Source: Eledone cirrhosa (lineage: Eukaryota). Taken from it: DNA of 64,000 nt. Position 1 is the first letter of the stretch. Every line of letters begins with the position of its first letter. Where the stretch lies: positions 120,962,001 to 121,026,000 of the forward strand of contig OZ024742.1 in assembly GCA_964016885.1 (NCBI GenBank). Direction: 5' to 3'. The notes under the pieces were generated by a model that searched no databases, was not told where the DNA came from, and saw only the letters and a list, made by a program, of their open reading frames with translations. A program made the position numbers and the translations under genes. Shown piece by piece: positions 34,811-48,170 of this stretch.

Positions 34811-34869
34811 TCTATAATAATAATAATAAAAAAAATAATAAAATCTGAGCTCATCCCAATTAAATCCCA

Positions 34870-34950
34870 AGTTCAGTGTGTTTAGTATCACAGATAATGG
34901 TGTCAATTAGCATCGACACCATTATCTGAGATACTAAACACAATTGGACT
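34870..34950. repeat. Short hairpin, 28-bp core stem with 10-nt loop
   Basis: TGTGTTTAGTATCACAGATAATGGTGTC-AATTAGCATC-GACACCATTATCTGAGATACTAAACACA, one mismatch. Confidence 0.85.
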
Positions 34951-34977
34951 GACCCATAAACCTTGTGGTAATGTTAA

Positions 34978-35216
34978 CCCTTTCATTACTATATTTCTAA
35001 TAAAAGACTTCCTAATTATATAAAAATTGTTAAGAATTTGGAGGGATTTAATATTATAACTAACTTTCTCATTAAGTTGATATTTGGAACATTGTTTAAC
35101 AAAAGTTCTTTCATAAAATTATGGTAGACGTTTTTAGATGAATATAAAGACTATATAACAAACATATTTGTATCATAAAACTTGGGGCAGTTTCAGACAT
35201 TTTGGTGTCAAGAGGG
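34978..35216. mobile_element. Older piggyBac-type MITE
   Basis: TTAA|CCCTTT...AGAGGG|TTAA with degenerate TIRs. Confidence 0.5.
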
Positions 35217-35485
35217 TTAAACCAGAAAATCTGGTAGATGGAAATTGTGTGGAGGTTTGTAATATTAGGATCAGGTTTATCAAGTGCAGAGCCTCAAGCT
35301 AGCATATGTTATAAAGGGGCTCTATATGAAAACATATCAAATTGTAATTATTTTTATCATTTTTTATGGATCAAGGTCAGTGGATTAATAGAATCATTAG
35401 AGAATCAGACCAAATGCTTTGTGGTATTTGTTTTGGTTCTTTTCATTCTGAATATTAATTTCACCTATGTCAACTTTGCTTTTAA

Positions 35486-35705
35486 CCCTTTAGCATTTAA
35501 ACCGGCTGTATTCGGCTAGAATTCTCTTGCCTCTTTCTGTTCAAACCAGCCATAACCGGCTGCTGATACTGACATTATGGTATTGTTCTCAAAATAATAA
35601 CATCAAAATCTTGTAGATTCAATATTATGTGAGATAATTATGTGAGATAAAGCCTTTACTGTGAAAATACAATAGTAAATATAGAGTAATGTAAATGCTA
35701 AAGAG
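35486..35705. mobile_element. piggyBac-type MITE nested in a SINE (~35372-35805)
   Basis: TTAA|CCCTTTAGCATTTA...TAAATGCTAAAGAG|TTAA; the flanks rejoin as SINE sequence CAACTTTGCTTTTAATCC...AATAAAATAGTACCAG. Confidence 0.88.
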
Positions 35706-35927
35706 TTAATCCTGCCTAGGTCAATAAAATAGTACCAGTCAGTACTAGAATTGATATAATCTACTTACCTCTTTCTTCCAAAATTATTGGCTTTATGCCT
35801 AAATTATCGATCTAACTGCATCTTTGAAGAACCAGCATATATAGATCAGCTAATATGGAACGATAATTGAAATACATACAAGTGTTCCACTGTTTATTAT
35901 TTTACCTAAAGCTTGATATTTACCTTA

Positions 35928-36190
35928 TGCAGGCATGTAGCCTAGTGGTAAGGGTGCTGAACATAGTATCATCGATTCCTGGGCTGCGTTGCGTGTTGTG
36001 TTCTTGAGCAAAACACATCATTTCACATCACTTCAGTATACTCAGCTGTAAATGGGTACCAGAAATTGCTGGAGGTTTAACCCTGTGATGGACTGGTATC
36101 CTGTCCAGGAGGGAGTCTTGCACTCTCTGTTGCTTCACGCTATGAAACCAAGATAAGCACCGACCTAACGAGCCTTAAGACAGACTTTTG
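35928..36190 (+). mobile_element. tRNA-headed CORE-type SINE
   Basis: TAGCCTAGTGG A box, TCGATTCC B box remnant, TTCTTGAGCAAAACAC...CTCAGCTGTAAATGGGTACC. Confidence 0.75.
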
Positions 36191-36561
36191 ATATTTACGT
36201 ACGAGCAAATGAGACATTTAGAAAGTTTACCTTGGAAGACAAGAACTTAAACATGATAAATTATGTGGCGAACCCTTCCTCTATAAATCCTTTTATATAA
36301 AGCAGTATAGTACTATAGTAATAGAACAAGTGGAGAATTGCTGAATCAAAATTGATAAGTTGCAAATGTTTAATCTAAAGTGTATTGGATCTTGGAATTA
36401 ATCCAAGTATTGGATTAACATTAAACAGCTTGCTGTTCCCAAAGGCTGGAAACAGAAGAGTCCTAAAGTTGTAAAATATTTAGAACAGGGGCTCCTGAAA
36501 TTGTACAGTGTGTAGCATCTGTTACTTTTGTTAGTAGGTTTAATACATCACTGTGTCCTGG

Positions 36562-36702
<141 letters not shown>

Positions 36703-38029
36703 TTTTATGTTTACTGTTTTTTATATGTCTCATGACTTAGCAGTTCCATAAAAAGAAATTGATAAAATAAGTACTGGGGTTGATATAAGTGACCACAGTC
36801 TAATGGCTGGAATCAGAAAAAGAATAAAAGAATAAACTATCCAAATATAAAGATCTATAAATGGAGATAATTAAAATGTGGGGACTGAAAACAGAAATAG
36901 CCCCATTAATAGTAGAAGCCTTGACAATGATGAAAAAATAAAGATGCCGATATGAAGGTGCCCCAGCATGGCCTTAGCTAGTCAGTTGGTAAAAAAGTAA
37001 AAGAGCAATGCATAACCATGGGAGGCAAAGATGACCTTGACAAAATTTGAACTCAGAATGTAAAGAAGTGTAACTAAACGCTTCTCTAATGATTTTGCCC
37101 TAAAAAAAAGGCACTGTTAGAAACGACATACAGTGCAGTTTCTATCTTAAACAGTTATTAACCTCTCTACAGTAATTTATTTTTGGAACCTTCATAAAGA
37201 GCAAATAGATATTGATGTTAGGGTATAGGGGGTATATTATATCTTTTCACCTTTCCATTACAAAATATTTCAGCTGTGAACAGACAGCAGGATGGAGGAT
37301 GGAGAGTGGAGGGATGTGAAAAGAAATGAAGGAAAAGGAGATGAAAGTGTTTGGCTTGGATTTTTATTTTTGTTCTTGTTTCTTTGCTTATATTTATTAA
37401 TGAGGTAGCAATAGGTAAAAATGTCTTCCTTAGTTTATTCTGCTTCTACTTCTCTCTGCTTATAATTAACTATTGGTAGGTAACATGCTGTTTCCTTCAA
37501 AAAATAAGTGGCAGCAATTTTTTGTTTCTATTTCTTTTTTTAAATTTTTTTTTATTTTTAGCATTGGAAATTTATTTTGGAAATGTATATGAGAGGATTG
37601 AGTCGGTGTTGCTGGATGGTGGCTGATAACACGAAGAAAGAAATACAGAAAAAACAGATAAATAATACAAATATCAGGAAATGTGGAAACTAAAAATAAT
37701 GTTACTTTGAAACACGTGTTCAGTTAAATTATATAAGAAGTCCTGGTTTGAAACAGCAAATGGTTTGAAACTGACCTTGGTTATATAATACACAGCTCTT
37801 TATTTTAAAATGTTTATATTTATCTATATATTTTTCATTATAATTTTATGTAAAAACCTTTGTTAAGTTATGGTCCAAGCATCAGCTTAATTATGAGAAA
37901 GCTTATTACTAAATTCCTCCAAATTCTTGATTATTTTCAAAATGATTTGAAAATCATTGGTAGCGTCTTTTATTAGTAATATGTCAACAAAAGGCTTAAT
38001 GTGTTGTATTATCTTAACAAAGCTACCTT

Positions 38030-38425
38030 TATGATCTGAGTTCAAATCCCACTGAGGTTAACTTTGCCTTTCATCCTTTCGGGGTTGATAAAATAAAGTA
38101 CCAGTCGATAAAATAAAGTACTGGGTCGATTTAATCGACTTTCCCCTCCCCCAAAATTGATGGCCTTGTGTCTATATAAGAAACCATTATCTTAATATAG
38201 CTTAGGGCAGTGGATTGGCAGTATTTGTAGGGAATCAAACACCATGCTTTGCAACATAGAGTTATGGCCCTTTACGTTTTGAATTCAACTCCCGCTGAGG
38301 TTAGCTTTGCCTTTCATCCTTACGAGGTCGATAAAATAAAGCACCAGTAATGCACTGGGGTCGATTTAATCAACTTTCCCCTCCCTTTCAAATTGCTAGC
38401 CTTGTGTCTATAGTAGAAACAATTA
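38030..38425 (+). mobile_element. Two tandem Nin/Deu-type SINEs (38030-38190 and 38206-38425)
   Basis: GAGTTCAAATCCC / GAATTCAACTCCC B boxes, GCCTTTCATCCTT..GATAAAATAAAG in both. Confidence 0.85.
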
Positions 38426-38837
38426 TTGTAACATAGCTTAAAATACATCCAGATAAAAAATAATACGGAACATTCCTTAATTCTTTTTATTTCTTCCATT
38501 TATAATCTAAGGCAAGATTTTTGTTTTCTCTTTTAATTATAAACAGATAAAGTCCAGGTCAGTGACTGGTTGAAGGTCCCAACAAGACAGACACTGACAT
38601 GGTGTTGGAATGATAGAGTGTATAGAGCCATAAAAGCAAAGAGAAAGGACTGGAAAGATTGGAAAAAGAAGAAAACAGAGCATTATCAAATAGCTCAAAG
38701 TTAGGCGAGGGGGCCGGTATACTTAGTAAAAATAGTAGAAAAGAAGAAATTTGCATATGATCTCTCGGTTTGGAGAAGTAGTGGCTCTATCTGGAGTAAT
38801 TCTCTGGTCTCTGATCTCTGAACTATGCACTCTATCG

Positions 38838-39020
38838 AATAATTGTTTCTACATTTGGCACAAGGCCAGCAATTACCCAGTGCATTACTGGTACTTTATT
38901 TTATCGACCTCGTAAGGATGAAAGGCAAAGTTAACCTCGGCGGGATTTGAATTCAGAATGGCAAGGGCCGTAACTCTATGCTTCAAAGCATGGCGTCCGA
39001 CCCTCTACCGATACTGCCAA
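38838..39020 (-). mobile_element. Nin/Deu-type SINE inserted in an RTE fragment (~38750-39105)
   Basis: SINE consensus match; the flanks match the RTE piece at ~14820-14960. Confidence 0.8.
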
Positions 39021-39758
39021 GGAGGAACCCCATTTTGGCCACTTGTATTTGTGATCATATTCTTTCAGTTATTACCTAAGATTCATGACCATAGGTAAGG
39101 GTTGTGTAAAGTTTGTAGGAAACTAGAAATTGCCTAAGATATTTTCATAGCAATATATATATATCAAATGGCAACAATATGCACTTAGCCTGTTAGTGAA
39201 GATCAAAGTACAGTATATCTAAAAGTGATAAATAAAAATGTTGCTTCCTGTTCTGTCAACATGACACCATCATAAAAAATATAGCTTATTTGACAAATAC
39301 AGCGATAATAGCTTTAAAATGAAAATGAAGTAAAACAAGAGCTAATTAAAAATAGGAAAACTACAGGTTTGGATATCTAATCTGTAAGGTTTCCAAAGAA
39401 ACCACATACTGACTGCTGGCAATTAATTTGTTGTGGCTTGGTTATAGTTAGATACAGACATCCTAGCGAAGGTGGTGATATATGATCAGAAATAATTTCA
39501 GCTGTAATTTTATTTTTCTGTATTTGTTAGTATTTATAAGAAGAGCTTATCCAGTGACACTATGAGACTTGTCTGGCTTGGAGTGCAGGGATGGCATTGT
39601 GGTTAAAAATGAAAGTCATTATCTTTGGTTTAAATTACTGTGGTATTTTGTGAGATAATGAGGGAGCTCAAATGGTTGCAGTCAGTACTGCATAATAGTA
39701 AAATAGTAAAATAGTAAAATAGTATTTAATTTTTAATTGTAGTATATATACATATGTA

Positions 39759-39801
<43 letters not shown>

Positions 39802-39824
39802 GCAGGGAAAAGCGGAGGTAAAAT

Positions 39825-40245
39825 GATGCTTTTCCCTGCTTGCAAGGGTGGGACGGGTCTTATTCAGCACAGCATCTCTCCACTTGTCACGGTCCTTCGT
39901 CATCTCCACCGTGAGCTTCAGCAATCTGAGGTCTGTTCTCACCACCTCCGCCCATGTTTTTCGTGGTCTACCTCTACCACGTCTTCCTTCAACTGACATT
40001 TCCTGGCACTTCTTCATCCATCGGTCATCCTCCATGCGCATCACATGTCCATACCACCTCAGTCTCCTCTCCCGTACACTACATTCTATCCCTCTCAGAC
40101 ACAGTTTCTCTCTCAACACATCTATGCTGGGTCGTTCATGCACATTTACACTGCACATCCAACGGAGCCTGCTTGCCTCATTTCTCTCCAGCCGTTGCAT
40201 ATCCTCTGCAGTTGCTGCCCAAGTCTCACTATCATGCAGCATCGC
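39825..40245 (-). mobile_element. RTE LINE 3' end
   Basis: MLHDSETW...ERRLRWYGHVMRME...GRGRPRKTW; ends CCCACCCTTGCAAGCAGGGAAAAGC. Confidence 0.9.
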
Positions 40246-40282
40246 ACGCGCGCATGCGCGCGCGTGTGTTTGTGTGTGTGTT

Positions 40283-40558
40283 TGTTGGTATGGGCATGTG
40301 ATGTGTGCGAAGGATGACAGCTGTATAAAAAGGTGCAGGGGACTCAAAGTTGATGGAAGCTATGGTGTAGGAGGACCTAGAAAGACTTGGGATGAAGTGA
40401 TAAAAGCTGACCTTGTACAATTGCACCTCTTGAAGGTGACGACACTCCACTCACGCTTAAGCAAGACATGGTCATTGGACCTGGCTTGTCTCACAACAGG
40501 ACAACTCATCTAACCCATGCTAGTGTGGAAAAATGGACGTTAAACTGTGATGATGATG

Positions 40559-40560
<2 letters not shown>
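40283..40560 (+). mobile_element. RTE 3' fragment with tail
   Basis: WYGHVM..DDSCIKRC..GPRKTWDE; tail CTAACCCATGCTAGTGTGGAAAAATGGACGTTAAAC and (TGA)n. Confidence 0.8.
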
Positions 40561-40635
<75 letters not shown>

Positions 40636-40936
40636 TAGATAGATAGAGGTAGGGAAAGTAAAAACCCAACTGCGATACCTAGCAGTTTTGGCTTGCATTC
40701 AGCAAGCCTTTTCATAAGTGTAAACATTCCTCTATACTCACTCTAATTTTTCCCATCCATAGAGAACTCCCCTGATTTGTGGTCTACCTGCTTTCACCAC
40801 CACAGACTTTATATATATATATAGTGTTGCAGAAGACTGTTCTGTATCTTAGTTGTTACGTTGTCCTAGTGATCTAAACCACTTCACGTCAATAGTTTAT
40901 CCGAGGTAGGTGATAATGAGTGACAGAGTATTCATT

Positions 40937-41016
40937 TATCAAATAAAGATAGTTAAGATGTGATTAATTCACTGTAAAGATTATGGTGAATTAATTCCAT
41001 CTTAATTACCTTTATT

Positions 41017-41021
<5 letters not shown>
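40937..41021. repeat. Inverted repeat (~38-bp arms) abutting (TA)n
   Basis: TATCAAATAAAGATAGTTAAGATG..ATTAATTCAC / GTGAATTAATT.CATCTTAATTACCTTTATTTGATA. Confidence 0.8.
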
Positions 41022-41054
<33 letters not shown>

Positions 41055-41072
41055 TCATCATCATCGTCGTCG

Positions 41073-41118
<46 letters not shown>

Positions 41119-41129
41119 ATATATATATA

Positions 41130-41711
<582 letters not shown>

Positions 41712-41834
41712 TCTATGAGATTTTGATACTATTTATTTTGAGAACCATACCTTAACATCAATATGAGCAGCCAGATACAGCCGGTTTGAACAGAAGGACA
41801 TGAAAGAATTCTGGCAGGATACAGCCAGTTTAAA

Positions 41835-41970
41835 GACGTGTGGCTGATTGGTTAGAGAACTGGATTCACAATCGTGAGGTTGTCAGTTTGATTCCTGGAC
41901 TGGGCGATGCGTTATGTCCTTGAGCAAGACATTTTATTTCAAGTCGCTCCTTCTGCCTGGAGTTGCGACC
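41835..41970 (+). mobile_element. CORE-type SINE 5' part
   Basis: TGGCTGATTGG A box, GTTTGATTCC B box, TCCTTGAGCAAGACA. Confidence 0.7.
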
Positions 41971-42139
41971 GATAGATAGCATTAGCAATTGGAAAGACCA
42001 ATGGAAACATTGTTTCCTCGGTCCGATTTGACAAAAGTCGATCGACAAATTTTATATAATACACATATATATATATGTATATATATATATATATGTATAT
42101 ATATATTGGAAAATGTGTGAAATCCTTGGTACAGTTAGG

Positions 42140-42268
42140 TATATTTAAAAAAAGGAAAAGAATGACTTCACTTGTAGTTCTAAACAATTTAATTTAATTT
42201 CATATTATTATTATTTTACATTGTTTAGAACTACAAGTGAAGTCATTCTTTTCTGTTTTTAAATATAT
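42140..42268. repeat. Inverted repeat (~49-bp arms, ~31-bp spacer)
   Basis: GAAAAGAATGACTTCACTTGTAGTTCTAAACAAT / ATTGTTTAGAACTACAAGTGAAGTCATTCTTTTC is perfect over 34 bp. Confidence 0.9.
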
Positions 42269-42277
42269 ATATATATA

Positions 42278-43695
42278 CTAGCAGCTGAGCCTGGTTGCAC
42301 CCAGGGCCACTTTTTATTAAGTTAATAATTTAAAAACTATTATTGAAAATTTATTATAAAGAAGCAGTTTCAGGAAAAAAAATAGAAATATGCACTTGGG
42401 GCTGGACGGCGTACAATGAGAAGTGGAGCAACGTGAAACGCGTTGTTTATTAACAGCGAAATAGCAAGTCGATGATATGCAATTTGAAAAATACTACTTA
42501 CTGTTAGTGGTGGTTAACATGTATTAGAATTAAAATAAAAACACGCGTCCCTTCTTCGCAATTTAAGGGTTTGGCGATACTTGGTTTTAGTGTCCTAAAT
42601 TATCGTCATCGACATTCAATTATTAGCTCCACCCACTACACGATACGTCAAGACACGTCATCAGTTGCTGCTGCGGCTTGATTTTTACATGTTCATTTTC
42701 TTACATGCTTCATTTTTACACAAAAAAACATTGAATTTTTAGTATAAATATTTATTAAAATATTAACAGAGAAAATTAGATTTTTGATTTATATTTTGAA
42801 CAAAATAAATATTTATTTACAGTTTTTCACAGAAAAATTATGCTTCCTTTTTACATGAATATTTATTTACAGTTTTTAAGTTTTTAACTGAAACACTATG
42901 CTTCATTTTTACATGAATATTTATTTACAGTTTTTAACAGAAAAAAAATTGCTGCGAAATACATTTTTTTTTAACACACGATATGTCACGAAGGTAAATG
43001 TTTCTAAAAAATTTTAAACTTTATATCGCAACAATATATTATTTAAAGAAATTTTTTTTCTGTTGTTTAAAACTGTAAATCTGTTTAAAAAGAAAATTTA
43101 TTTAACCGAAACACTATGCTTCATTTTTACAATATTTATTTACAGTTTTTAACAGAAAAAAAATTGCTGCGAAATACATTTTTTTTTAACAGATTTACAT
43201 TTTTTAACAACAGAAAAAAAATTTCTTTAAACAATATATTGTTGCGATATACAATTTAAAATTTTTTCGAAACATTTACTTTTGTGACGTATGGTGTAGT
43301 GGGTGGAGCTAATAATTGAATGTCGATGATGATAATTTAGGACACTAAAACCAAGTATCGCCAAGGGTTTTATTTCTTTTGGTGGAAAACAGTGACCGTA
43401 CTGCAGAATCGATTTCATAAAACGGTACTGTATGATCGTTAAATGTAGAAGGATGATGAAATTGTAAATAAGACAAAAGTATTAGAACAGGGGGAAATAA
43501 CTCACCAAACGCGATAGTTTTGGGGCCCCAGGGACCACATTTTTCAAGTTAGAGATTTGAAACCTCATCTATTTGCTTCCTTGGCACTTTTTACATAGGT
43601 GTGTAAATTTACATGTCAGTCCGACCACGTCTACTACCATTTAACCGTGCACATTTGAATTTCAACCACCGCCCATTTCACAAATATATATTAGA
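42278..43695 (-). mobile_element. Non-autonomous Helitron, both ends intact
   Basis: Minus strand: A|TCTAATATATAT 5' end; 3' hairpin CCTGG-GTGCAA-CCAGG 8 nt before CTAG|T; no TSD; internal direct and inverted repeats. Confidence 0.85.
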
Positions 43696-43801
43696 TAGAC
43701 AATAATGTATTAACTGTTCACTCCATTGAGTGCTTTGTGGTCGCCTCAAATAAATCGAATCGTACATGGTGTGGAGCAGCTACAACTTTGGTTTATACCT
43801 A

Positions 43802-43846
<45 letters not shown>

Positions 43847-43944
43847 TAAAAGGGCAAAAATGAAAAAGCACAGAGGTATATTTAAAGATTTTTTTCTTTT
43901 TCTTTAATTCAACAGAATAAATATCTTAATAATTGTTGCCTTAA

Positions 43945-44950
43945 ATGGATTTAAGGGAGTTTAAGATCAGATGCCCATGGGAATTCCTGTATGCGGATGA
44001 CCTCGCACTTATAGCTGAGTATATGGTAGAACTAGAGTAAAAATTCCAAACATGGAAGCAGGGACTAGAAAGAAAGGGTCTCAAAGTCAACCTGACAAAG
44101 ACTAAGGTCCTTGTAAGTAGACGAGAAAACAGAACCCAGATCCCCTCAGGGAAATGGCCTTGCTCAGTATATAGGAAAAGTATTGGTAGGAACTCCATCC
44201 TCTTCCCCAAATGCAAACAATGGGTACACAAGAGATGTAACGGGATCTCAGGGAGCTTAACTAAGAATGTAGGCTTCCCATGTAGCAGCTGCGCTGGGAC
44301 AGCAAACAGCCACAGTAAACAAGCACCACCAATCTCTGGGAGGGCTCTATAGAAACAGTAGACAGCTTCTGCTACCTAGGTGACCGAATTAGCAGCGGAG
44401 GTGGGTGTTCGGAAAGTACAATAACTAGGGTAGCAACGGGATGGAAGAAGTTCAGGGAGCTACTGCCACTGCTAGCAGCAAAAGGCTTTTCCCTCAAAAT
44501 GATAGGCAGACTGTATGATGCGTGTATCCGAACAGCAATGTTACATGGTAGTGAGACCTGGGCACTGTCTGTAGAAGACTTGCGTAGATTAGAAAGAAAT
44601 GATGCCTGCATGCTCCCATGGATGTGTAATAGTAATATACGCGAACAGCAAAGCATAAACGATTTGAGAGACAGACTGAGTATAAGAGGAATCAAATGCT
44701 GTGTGCAGGAGAGGAGGTTGCGTTGGTATGGACATGTGATGTGTATGAAGAATGACAGCTGCATAAAAGGGTGCAGAGCACTAGAAGTCGATGGAAGCCG
44801 CGGAGTGTGGAGACCCAAGAAGACCTGGGATGAGGTGATAAAAGCCGACTTTACCCAATTGCACCTCTCAAAGGCGATGACACACGACCGTGACCTATGG
44901 CATCACGCAGTAATACAGAGTACCCGACTTCCCACGGGTACAAGCCGAAG
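43945..44950 (+). mobile_element. RTE LINE ORF2 3' portion (pseudogenised)
   Basis: PWEFLYADDLAL (RT YADD), GLKVNLTKTK, SFCYLGD, MLHGSETW, RRLRWYGHVM; stops and frameshifts. Confidence 0.92.
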
Positions 44951-44969
44951 CTGAAGCATATAGACAATA

Positions 44970-45266
44970 TGTCCCCACCCTCTCCCACTGCAAAGTGGTC
45001 GTGGAGGTGCCACAGCAAAAAAGCACCCAGCCCACACTGTAAAGTGGACGTGTAGGCGCCACGGAAAAAAAGGACCCAGCACTCACTGTAAATGAGGTTG
45101 GTGTTAGGAAGGGCATCCAGCTGTAGAAATCCAGCCAGAATCAGTTCCCGTATGAGCAAGACAAGGTCAACCGACCGGGCACTGCCCACAACAGGACAAC
45201 CCGTCTAACCCATGCTAGTGTGGAAGAACGGACGTAAAACGGTGATGATGATGATGATAATGATGA
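44970..45266 (+). mobile_element. RTE-tail SINE 3' part
   Basis: GTTAGGAAGGGCATCCAGCTGTAGAAA...GGACGTAAAAC and (TGA)n. Confidence 0.8.
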
Positions 45267-45340
45267 TTACCGGTTTTGATTGGTATGTCTATCTTATCAA
45301 ATATTATAAAAGTTTGTTCTCACATTCTGTGGCTAGTTAG

Positions 45341-45630
45341 AACATATAAATTATACTACATATACTACATAAATTATACTACATATAAATTATACTACAT
45401 ATACTACATAAATTATACTACATATAAATTATACTACATATACTACATAAATTATACTACATATAAATTATACTACATATACTACATAAATTATACTACA
45501 TATAAATTATACTACATATACTACATAAATTATACTACATATAAATTATACTACATATACTACATAAATTATACTACATATAAATTATACTACATATACT
45601 ACATAAATTATACTACATATAAATTATACT
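45341..45630. repeat. 39-bp minisatellite (~7.4 perfect copies)
   Basis: Unit ACATATAAATTATACTACATATACTACATAAATTATACT. Confidence 0.95.
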
Positions 45631-45710
45631 AACAACACTCAATGTTGCTCAGAAAAGAGATGATTTAGCCAGTTGATAATTGCAATTCTGCATAAACATA
45701 TTATTATTCA

Positions 45711-45925
45711 GGGCAGTGGATTTGCAGTATCGGTAGAGCACTAGACATCATGCTTTGCAGCATAGAGCTATGTCCCTTTATCATCTGAGTTAAAATCCCG
45801 CCGAGGTTAGCTTTGCCTTTCATCCTTAGGTGGCTCAATAAAATAAAGCACCAGTAATGCTCTGGGGTTGATTTAATCGACCCCCCCCCCCCCAATTGCT
45901 GGCCCTTGAACCTATAGTAGAAATC
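45711..45925 (+). mobile_element. Nin/Deu-type SINE
   Basis: GGCAGTGGATTTGCAGTATCGGTAGAG...GCCTTTCATCC...AATAAAGCACCAG. Confidence 0.8.
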
Positions 45926-46168
45926 CTTTTTATTCAGTGTGTGGATGTGTTCTTGCTCTTTCCCTGGAACATAATATCTAGTTTAGAAAATAGAGATCAA
46001 TAATATGTATCAAATTGAAATAAATGATGGTATTGATATCATTGCTGAAACTATTTAAGGTATTGCTTCTGTATGGCCACAGACCAGTCATATGACTAAA
46101 ACCAAATCAGTGAAAGATCTGATTCATTTTTATTATTACTGTGAATTGGCGGTGAATTGGGCGGTGAA

Positions 46169-46362
46169 GGGCGGTGAATTGGCAGTATCGGTAGAGGGTC
46201 GGGGACCATGCTTTGATGCATAGAGTTACGGCCCTTGCCATTCTGAGTTCAAATCCCGCCGAGGTTGACTTTGCCTTTCATCCTTACGGGGTCGATAAAA
46301 TAAAGTACCAGTAATACACTGGGTAATTGCTGGCCTTGTGCATAAAGTAGAAACAATTATTA
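46169..46362 (+). mobile_element. Nin/Deu-type SINE, young full-length copy with stuttered 5' end
   Basis: A box TGGCAGTATCGG, B box GAGTTCAAATCCC; GGCGGTGAA(TTG) is repeated upstream at 46141-46180. Confidence 0.88.
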
Positions 46363-46437
46363 CTGTTCATTTGCTTTGTTGATTGTATGAAACTAAAACA
46401 TTACTGCACCTCACCACATCACTGCACCTCACCTTAA

Positions 46438-46648
46438 CCCTTTAACATTTACATTACTCTATATTTACTATTATATTTTCACAGTAAAGGCTTTACTTCA
46501 CATAATTATCTCCCAAAATAATCAAATCTATGCGATTTTGATACTATTTATTTTGCGAACCATACCTTAACATCAGTATGGGCAGCCGGATACAGCTGGT
46601 TTGAACAGAAAGGCATAAAAGAATTCTGGCAGGATACAGCCAGTTTAA
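46438..46648. mobile_element. piggyBac-type MITE (right end lost)
   Basis: TTAA|CCCTTTAACATTTAC...; homologous to 50614-50833. Confidence 0.8.
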
Positions 46649-47444
46649 CAGCATCTATTAGAAGAACTTTCACATTTGCTCCAAATGCTAGACCTCTCTT
46701 GCACTAAAGATATCTCATCACTGAATTTTATCAGGCTTGACCCTTCTTTACTTCTCAAGTCATATCCATATTCAATGTTCATTCTAGTATAGCCATTCTG
46801 GTGTTTACCAACATGTCCATTAAAGTTGCCAGCTAGGTTGATGACCTCTTGGCCATCTGTTATTAAAACTGTCTGTAAGAGGTCCTTATAAAAATGGTTC
46901 TTTCCTTCTTTACTTATTCCTGATTGTGGTACATGTTAAGATAACTGTTGATATTCTATCACCTATGCTATTCCAAGCTTGATAATTCTGTCATTTATTC
47001 TAAGTACCTCAATTACCTTATCTATCCACTTCCTAGCTAGTAAAATGCCAACCTTACCAACCCTATCAATATTTCTAACCTAGGAAAGTTTGTATCTATA
47101 CTGCTTGCCTGTGAGAAGTCTGGCTGATGCAATGTGTGTGTGCATGTGTGTGTGTACGTACGTTTGTGTGTGTTTGTGTGTGTGTTGGGGGGGGGGGGAT
47201 TTTGGTTTAAACAGCTGTACTAAAGTTTTATATTTTATATGTTCTATCTTCCATATGATGGATTTTTCTTATTTCCCTATAAGTCATTTACTGTTGATTT
47301 AAAACAATAAAGTTGCCAGTTGCATTGATGTTTCAAGACTTTCGTAGCTCGTATGTTTTGATTAAGTAGTTATTGATGTGTGTTAGTGCTGTTTTAGAGA
47401 GCTTTATTTACATTTTCCAAATGGAGTCATAGTAACATATATAT

Positions 47445-47637
47445 ATAATGAGTAGCTGTTACATAACATAAAACTACACCTGATGTCCCCCGCCCTACAC
47501 ATGCACATGTATTTCATGACTCGTACAGTGTTCTTTTTCCTGACATTTGTACATTATTCTATGTACTATACATGCACCTTTGATGAGTTGTAGTGCACCT
47601 GAGCACTGTACACAATAATTTCATTATTATTATTATT
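47445..47637 (+). mobile_element. CR1 3' UTR fragment
   Basis: Matches 23740-23840 (GAGTTGTAGTGCACCTGAGCAC...ATTATTATT). Confidence 0.75.
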
Positions 47638-47785
47638 AAAACTAAGTAAAAATTCAATAAAAAAGGAAGGACACATTAGACAATATAGTCTAAGGTATAC
47701 AAAAAGGTGGACTGGTCACAGCTGTAGTAACTTTAATTATAGGTCTGCTTGACCTGAAGCTAAATAATAATAACTTCATCTAGAA

Positions 47786-48170
47786 CAGAGGTTCTCAAAG
47801 TGGGCACTACTGCCCCCCCCCCCCTCTCCCGCCCCCAGGGGGCGCTGCAGCCTAAGGGGGTGGTAGAGATGATATAATAGTATATAAATAATAATAATGA
47901 TAATAATGAAATTATTGTGTAGTGCTCAGGTGCACTACAACTCGTCAAAGTACATAGAATAATTAAATATCAAATGATACAAATTATATATAAATATAGT
48001 AAAATAAAAAATATATAATATCTATTTATACATAGTATATATTATATTATTTTTTATATATTATGTACAATTTTCATGTAGGTAGGTCTCTCTGGAAATA
48101 AGGCTGTGAACATTGGGGGTGTTATGTGGCCGTAAGGAGGTCAATGGCCCAAAAAGTTTGAGAACCTCTC
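47786..48170. mobile_element. hAT (Charlie-like) MITE with a nested CR1 tail (~47890-47962, minus)
   Basis: TIRs CAGAGGTTCTCAAA / TTTGAGAACCTCTC; perfect 8-bp TSD ATCTAGAA. Confidence 0.88.

Noticed and set aside
46169-46260. tRNA gene (A and B boxes)
   Set aside because: No cloverleaf; it is the head of a multi-copy SINE.
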